From the NCBI GenBank assembly GCA_047971315.1, contig JBKDZP010000004.1, positions 5,466 through 69,465 of the forward strand: DNA of 64,000 nucleotides, written 5' to 3'. Shown here one piece after another: positions 57,828 through 64,000 of the stretch. The position numbers and the translations under genes were made by a program. The notes under the pieces are model-generated. The model was not told the origin of the DNA and made no database searches. It was given only the letters and a program-made list of their open reading frames with translations. Each line of letters starts with the position of its first letter. Positions within the stretch are counted from its first letter, which is position 1. The stretch comes from Bacilli bacterium (GTDB lineage Bacteria; Bacillota_I; Bacilli_A; RF39; UBA660).

Positions 57828-58407
57828 TTATTTTTTTAAAATCAACAATGTAAAAAAAGTTTTCTATATATTTTTGCTTATTACTTTGATAATCCAAATA
57901 ATAAGCATGTTCCCATAAGTCAATCGTCATAATTGGTGTAAAGCCATAGGCAAATGGTGTTTCTTGATTACTTGTATTTATAATATCTAATTCATTATTT
58001 TTAAGCACTAAGAATGTATAACCCGAACCAGTTATTAAATTGGCCTTCTTTTTAAATTCTTTTTTAAAATTGTCAAAGCTTCCATATTTTAAATCAATGG
58101 CATTTTTTATTTCATTTTCTGGTTTATTTGATTTATTTGGACTAATATTTTCAAAATAAAGATTATGATTTAATACTCCACCAGCATTATATAATATTTC
58201 ATCTCTAATATATAATGGAAATTTGTCAATATTTTTAACTAGTTCTTCTAAACTGTAATTACCATTATAATTTATTGAACTTAAGTATTTATTAAGATTA
58301 TTCACATAATTTTTATAGTGATTTTCATAGTGTATACCTAAAGTTCTAGCACTTAAAAATGGTTCTAATTCATCATAGTCATAATCTAGTTCTTGAATAT
58401 TATACAT
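57787..58407 (-). CDS. sodA: Fe/Mn superoxide dismutase. The start is the internal MYNIQELDY.
   Basis: HYENHYKNYVNNLN ... DLWEHAYYLDYQSNKQKYIENF carries the metal ligands and the DxWEHAYY signature. Confidence 0.85.
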   Translation of the reverse strand: MYNIQELDYDYDELEPFLSARTLGIHYENHYKNYVNNLNKYLSSINYNGNYSLEELVKNIDKFPLYIRDEILYNAGGVLNHNLYFENISPNKSNKPENEIKNAIDLKYGSFDNFKKEFKKKANLITGSGYTFLVLKNNELDIINTSNQETPFAYGFTPIMTIDLWEHAYYLDYQSNKQKYIENFFYIVDFKKINEIYKKTQSKKSI

Positions 58408-58487
58408 AATATCACCTCTATTTAAGTTTATTTCAAAAATACTACAATATTCTAATATCACTACATATATTATATAGAGGTGATATT

Positions 58488-58751
58488 ATGTTTAAAAATT
58501 TAATTAAAAATTATGTGGATAAGTTAAGTACTGAGGATATCAACTTTTTTGCTGTATCAAATAATATTTATTTAAATGAAGTTGAAAAGAAAATAATTTA
58601 TAAGGAAATAAAGGAAAACTGGAAAATACTACTTAGTGATAATTATTATTCAGTTTTAAAAAATATAAAAGATAAAGTAAGTCTTGAAACTTACTTTAAG
58701 ATAGAAAATTTAATTAAAATTTATAGAAATAAATATAAAAATTATTTGTAA
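58488..58751 (+). CDS. Hypothetical small protein.
   Basis: An 87-aa ORF. Confidence 0.3.
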   Translation: MFKNLIKNYVDKLSTEDINFFAVSNNIYLNEVEKKIIYKEIKENWKILLSDNYYSVLKNIKDKVSLETYFKIENLIKIYRNKYKNYL

Positions 58752-59644
58752 TAGTTTCTAATATCATCTAATAAATTTGGATTACTTTTTTTATTTCTAA
58801 TCATTTGAATTTCAAATTTATATGGTGGATATAATCTTTCTTTACTATCAGCTGTTTGCCCTATATATGGGGTTTCTAGGATCATCGGAATATACTCTAA
58901 TTTTTTATTATAAATGATATTAATTAAATTATCAAAACCAATTGTCCCAAATCCAAAATTTTCATGACGATCTTTTTTTGATCCAATAATATTTTTACTG
59001 TCATTTATATGAATACATTTTAAATAATTTAAACCAATTATTTTGTCGAATTGATTTAATACTTCATCAAAATTATTTAAATCATATCCAGCATCATTTA
59101 TATGACAAGTGTCTAAACATACTCCAATATTTTCTTTATAGTGAATTCCATCAATTATTGTTTTTATTTCTTCAAAATTTCTTCCACATTCTGTTCCTTT
59201 ACCTGCCATTGTTTCTAAGCATATAACTACATTTGAATTAGTTGGAATAGCTTTATTTAAAGCTATTATAATGTTTCTTAAACCAGTTTCTGTACCTAAT
59301 TTTACATGACTACCAGGATGAAGTACTAATTTAGTTAGTCCTAAAGTTTCAACTCTTTCTATTTCTTGTTTTAAAAAATCAGTTGCGAAATCTGTGTTAC
59401 TAGCTAAGTTTATAATATATGGTGCATGGACTATTACATTTTTTGAGTCAATGTTTTTTTCCTTCATTAGTTTATGAGCTAATGAAGTTATTTCAATATC
59501 TATTGGTGATCTAGCAGCATTTTGTGGAGCTCCAGTATATAACATAAATGTATTGGCATCATAGCTAATTGCTTCTAATGTACTTCCTAATAACTGTTCT
59601 TGTTTTCTAAATGAGACATGTGATCCTATAATTAATTCTTTCAT
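58742..59644 (-). CDS. nfo: Endonuclease IV (AP endonuclease family 2).
   Basis: 300 aa in the xylose-isomerase-like TIM barrel family. It starts MKELIIGSHVS and carries metal-ligand His/Asp/Glu clusters (HAPY, HPGSH, DTCH). Confidence 0.8.
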   Translation of the reverse strand: MKELIIGSHVSFRKQEQLLGSTLEAISYDANTFMLYTGAPQNAARSPIDIEITSLAHKLMKEKNIDSKNVIVHAPYIINLASNTDFATDFLKQEIERVETLGLTKLVLHPGSHVKLGTETGLRNIIIALNKAIPTNSNVVICLETMAGKGTECGRNFEEIKTIIDGIHYKENIGVCLDTCHINDAGYDLNNFDEVLNQFDKIIGLNYLKCIHINDSKNIIGSKKDRHENFGFGTIGFDNLINIIYNKKLEYIPMILETPYIGQTADSKERLYPPYKFEIQMIRNKKSNPNLLDDIRNYYK

Positions 59645-59687
59645 ATTTTACTCCTTTTGATTAATTATATCATTAATTCTTATTTAT

Positions 59688-60317
59688 TTAAATTAAATCA
59701 CTTTTTTTAATTATGAAAGTTTTATTTTCTTTATAAAATGCATAAAATATTTCATCTAGTTTTACATTTTTTTTTAGAAGTAATTTTTCTAACCAAAATT
59801 CATCCTTTTTTATTTCTTTTAAACTTTCAAAATCAATAATACCATCAAGAATAATTGGAAGAGGATAATTTATATTATTTTTAAAAACTGATAACTTACC
59901 ATTTGTTTCAAGTATAGCATAATCAACATCTTCAATATTATTAATTCCATAAATTCTTAATTGACTAAGTAAATCATCTAACGTATATCTTAATTTTGTC
60001 ATAACATTAAATCTAATTTTTCCATTTTTAATTATTATACTTGGTCTACCATCAATTAAGTATCTTATTTTACCATTTTTAAGACTAATATAGTTAACTA
60101 GTACATCAATAATTACAAGTGTTGAAATAGCAATTATGGAGACTAAAATTGACATTTTTTCTTCTTCAATTGATATTGCTGCTAGTTCAGCAATTAAAAC
60201 GGTAACTATTAAATCTCCTACTCCTAACTGTCCAATTTCCTTTTTACCCATTACCCTATATGCTGTTATAATAAATATGTAAAGTACTAATGTTTTTAAA
60301 ATAGTTTCTATATACAT
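59688..60317 (-). CDS. DUF421 (YetF-like) membrane protein.
   Basis: N-terminal transmembrane helices plus a C-terminal DUF421-like soluble domain (RPSIIIKNGKIRFNVMTKLRYTLDDLLSQLRIYGI). Confidence 0.5.
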   Translation of the reverse strand: MYIETILKTLVLYIFIITAYRVMGKKEIGQLGVGDLIVTVLIAELAAISIEEEKMSILVSIIAISTLVIIDVLVNYISLKNGKIRYLIDGRPSIIIKNGKIRFNVMTKLRYTLDDLLSQLRIYGINNIEDVDYAILETNGKLSVFKNNINYPLPIILDGIIDFESLKEIKKDEFWLEKLLLKKNVKLDEIFYAFYKENKTFIIKKSDLI

Positions 60318-60388
60318 GTAATCACCTATTTTATTATGTTTATGTAATAAATTTTTATTCAAAAAAATATAATAAAATAGGTGATAAT

Positions 60389-60766
60389 ATGAAGTTAGTT
60401 AAAAATTACGTAATTCCATTATTATTTGTGCTTGGAATTATTATAATATTTACTTTTATTTTAACTCTTTTTAGTTATTTTGATATAATAAATAGTTTTG
60501 TTGTATCAATTATTGAATTAATAATCGTAATTTCATCGATATTTATTGGAGGATTTATAATTGGAAAAAAAAGTTATAAAAAAGGATGGATTCAAGGATT
60601 AAAATTAGGTTTAATTTATTCATTTACTATATTTTTAATTAATCTAATTTTCTTTCATTATGGAATTCATTTTAAAAATATTCCATATTTTATAATTTTA
60701 TTAGTTTCTTGTATTGTTGGAAGTATTACTGGGATTAATTACAGTGAAAAGAATAAAAAGATATAG
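60389..60766 (+). CDS. Small polytopic membrane protein.
   Basis: 125 aa with four hydrophobic helices. Confidence 0.45.
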   Translation: MKLVKNYVIPLLFVLGIIIIFTFILTLFSYFDIINSFVVSIIELIIVISSIFIGGFIIGKKSYKKGWIQGLKLGLIYSFTIFLINLIFFHYGIHFKNIPYFIILLVSCIVGSITGINYSEKNKKI

Positions 60767-60884
60767 TTAATTAATATTTTAATTTATATTTTAATCATAT
60801 TAGAACAAATTAATTACAAAAAAACAGCTTATTAAGCTATTTTTTTAATAGTAATATTTAAATTTTATTACTTTAAAATAAGAT

Positions 60885-61196
60885 TTAATCTTGCTTTATC
60901 TTTGAATATGATTTTGTTGTTTCCTTTTCAAAAACATTTAAAATATTTCCAGTAAATATTATTCTACTAGCATCTACCCTATAAGAAAAAAAATCATCTT
61001 TTATTTTTCCTAATACTGATTTACCCATTGGTGAAGTTTCTGAAATAGGAACATATTCTCCATTATAATTATAAATTTGTTCTAAATTTGATAATATTTC
61101 ATAAATTCTAATTTCTTGAAAATTTCCATCAGTAATCATAGCTTCAAAAATTGATCCTGTTGTTATCATTGATTTTTCCATAATAATATCCTCCAT
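60885..61196 (-). CDS. GreA/GreB C-terminal-domain-like (FKBP-like) protein.
   Basis: SETSPMGKSVLGKIKDDFFSYRVDASRIIFTGNI resembles the Gre C-terminal domain (SPIGKALLGKKVGD). Confidence 0.4.
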   Translation of the reverse strand: MEDIIMEKSMITTGSIFEAMITDGNFQEIRIYEILSNLEQIYNYNGEYVPISETSPMGKSVLGKIKDDFFSYRVDASRIIFTGNILNVFEKETTKSYSKIKQD

Positions 61197-61324
61197 TGAT
61201 TTACATTATAAATTTTTTATTATTATTTGTCAATAAAACATATATATTTTTACTTTTTTTAATCTAAGTAAAAACAAAGAGATTATATCTCTTTGTTTTT
61301 TATTTAGTCTATTTTTTCATATTC

Positions 61325-61720
61325 TTAATCAGCAATAGCATATTTCTTTCTTGAGCTAAAGTAATTTAGCCCTTTACTAATACCAATTCCAATTAAAGCA
61401 AGTCCAAAGAAATATCCTACACTAAATGGTGTAATTGCTGGGAATGATGTTACATCAAATAATCCAATTAAAGATGCTCCAACTCCCATTGATGTTACTA
61501 AAGTTAAATTGTCTAATGATTTATTTGTTATTTCGCTACTTAAATCTTTAAACAAAGATTTAGCTGAATTAACATAGCTTTTAGTCATATTCCAAATTTG
61601 TTTAATGTATGAAAGTGTATCACCAAGTGTTTCATATCTATATCTCATAACATCACTAAATTCTTGAAAATCGACATCATTTTTAGCTATTTTTTCTCTA
61701 GTTCTTAAGTATGCTTCCAT
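61325..61720 (-). CDS. Hypothetical membrane protein.
   Basis: 131 aa with C-terminal hydrophobic helices. Confidence 0.35.
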   Translation of the reverse strand: MEAYLRTREKIAKNDVDFQEFSDVMRYRYETLGDTLSYIKQIWNMTKSYVNSAKSLFKDLSSEITNKSLDNLTLVTSMGVGASLIGLFDVTSFPAITPFSVGYFFGLALIGIGISKGLNYFSSRKKYAIAD

Positions 61721-62024
61721 TTGATCAATACGTGTATCAATTAGAGTTATTGTTTTTAATATTCTTCTAGTTTACTACTAAAATATATTATTTCTTTTCC
61801 TTTTACTTTACTTTTTTTTATAATATCAATTTTCCCCAAAGAATTCTATGTAAATTCAATCGTTTGTTGTAAATTCTCTAACGTAGTTTTCTCAAATATT
61901 ATTTCTAATTTTTTCACTCCTTACTTTATTTTTATAAATTAATATTACATTATTTTATAAAAATATACAATTGTTGTTGTGACAAGTTTTGTAAAAAAAT
62001 GGAATTTATCTAAAAAAAGCATTT

Positions 62025-63170
<1,146 letters not shown>

Positions 63171-63292
63171 TCATTATATATTATATTGGAAAAGAAAACA
63201 AGATTAAGATTATGTTCTTTTAGTATGTTTTACATATTTATTTATTCAAATTAATTATTTTTTATTGTTTAAAAAATTATAAAAAAGAAGCT

Positions 63293-64000
63293 TTAAATTT
63301 GGCTTCTTTCAATTCTAATAAATGTTTCATGACCATTTATTTCGTAAGATTCTTTTATATTTTCATCTTTTTTTATTTCATTAGCAAGTGTTTCTGTTTT
63401 AATAAAATGTTCAAAACTTTTAATTGCATTTGTAATTTCTTCATTTCCATTATAAAATATTACAATTCTATTTGTTATTTCAAAGTCATTACTTTTTCTT
63501 ATATTTTGTACTTTAGATACTAATTCACGAGCTATTCCTTCTTGGATTAGGTTTTGTGTCAATTCTGTATTTAAAATTACAAATTGATTATTTTCCATTG
63601 CTACATTAAATCCATCTTTGGCAGATATTCGAATATCTACAAGTTCATTATTAACATCATATATAGAATCATTTACTTTTAATTTAATTGTTTCTTTATT
63701 GTTTAATTTATTAATTAATTCTTCATCTAAATTTGCTAACACATCACTAAATGCTTTCATATTAGGTCCCATTACTGGTCCAGCTGTTTTAAAATTTGGT
63801 TTAAATGATAAATCCATATATTTATTTAAATCTTTTTCGAATATAACTTTTTTAACATTCAACTCTTCTATAATTAGAGGTGTTAAATCATGAATCATTA
63901 TTTCAATATTTCCATCTAAAATTATTTCAGATATTGGTTGTCTAACCTTAATTTTTGATTCTTCTCTGGAATATCTTCCTAGACTTATTAAATCTCTTAC
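63293..64000 (-). CDS. ileS: Isoleucyl-tRNA synthetase, C-terminal portion. The gene continues beyond the window end.
   Basis: The C-terminal region contains EGIARELVSKVQNIRKSNDFEITNRIVIFY, resembling the IleRS C-terminus (EGLAREL..IQ.LRK..GL.VTDRI). The reading frame stays open up to the window edge. Confidence 0.5.
   Translation of the reverse strand, partial: VRDLISLGRYSREESKIKVRQPISEIILDGNIEIMIHDLTPLIIEELNVKKVIFEKDLNKYMDLSFKPNFKTAGPVMGPNMKAFSDVLANLDEELINKLNNKETIKLKVNDSIYDVNNELVDIRISAKDGFNVAMENNQFVILNTELTQNLIQEGIARELVSKVQNIRKSNDFEITNRIVIFYNGNEEITNAIKSFEHFIKTETLANEIKKDENIKESYEINGHETFIRIERSQI

Overview
This is very AT-rich (~25% GC) chromosomal DNA that uses the standard stop codons. TGA is a stop here (long genes such as the 1145-aa PFOR and the 999-aa SMC have no TGA-dependent interruptions), so it is not a genetic-code-4 Mollicute. 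I place it in an anaerobic, endospore-forming Firmicute (Clostridia-like) because the window carries spoVAC-spoVAD-spoVAEb, a split sigK, YjcZ-like tiny sporulation proteins, a SigF/G-like sigma factor, PFOR, rubrerythrin and a PerR-like Fur-family repressor.

Layout of the window:
- 1-5.9 kb: the right end of an integrated mobile element. It carries a tyrosine integrase, an Xis-like gene, an ArpU-like regulator, a macro-domain protein, SSB and a secreted Ser/Thr-rich protein. It abuts a cluster of hairpins and short repeats next to recG.
- 6-29 kb: housekeeping and sporulation genes on the minus strand (recG, PFOR, perR-rbr, a SEDS protein, def, an ABC-F ATPase, smc, the spoVA operon, a STAS-sigma pair, PadR with a DUF1700 membrane protein).
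- 29.2-41.1 kb: the highlight. An ~11.9-kb skin-like intervening element splits sigK into a 3' half (28852-29232) and a 5' half (41125-41459). Its left end carries a large serine recombinase (SpoIVCA-like). Its cargo is a compact putative anti-phage island of two independently promoted two-gene operons: an ApeA-like HEPN protein with a PD-(D/E)xK nuclease-like protein, and a DUF4145-like HEPN protein translationally coupled to a DUF4238 protein. The cargo also includes a Zn-ribbon/nuclease/HIRAN fusion protein, XRE regulators and a RepL-like protein.
- 41.6-64 kb: yneF-like gene, parC, a 1.7-kb decayed insertion between parE and parC (an ISAs1-like transposase remnant plus frameshifted fragments), parE, two tandem HAD nucleotidase paralogs, the infC-rpmI-rplT operon, a DUF4116 repeat protein, ynbB-like, an SDR reductase, efp, rpmG, a class B PBP, sodA, nfo, tgt and the 3' end of ileS.

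Other notable points are an in-frame TAA inside infC, an L20 carrying a Rho_N-like C-terminal extension, and a STAS antagonist that lacks the phospho-serine and has no partner kinase. No tRNA, rRNA or CRISPR array was found. All functional calls rest on motif recognition by eye; no database search was run.
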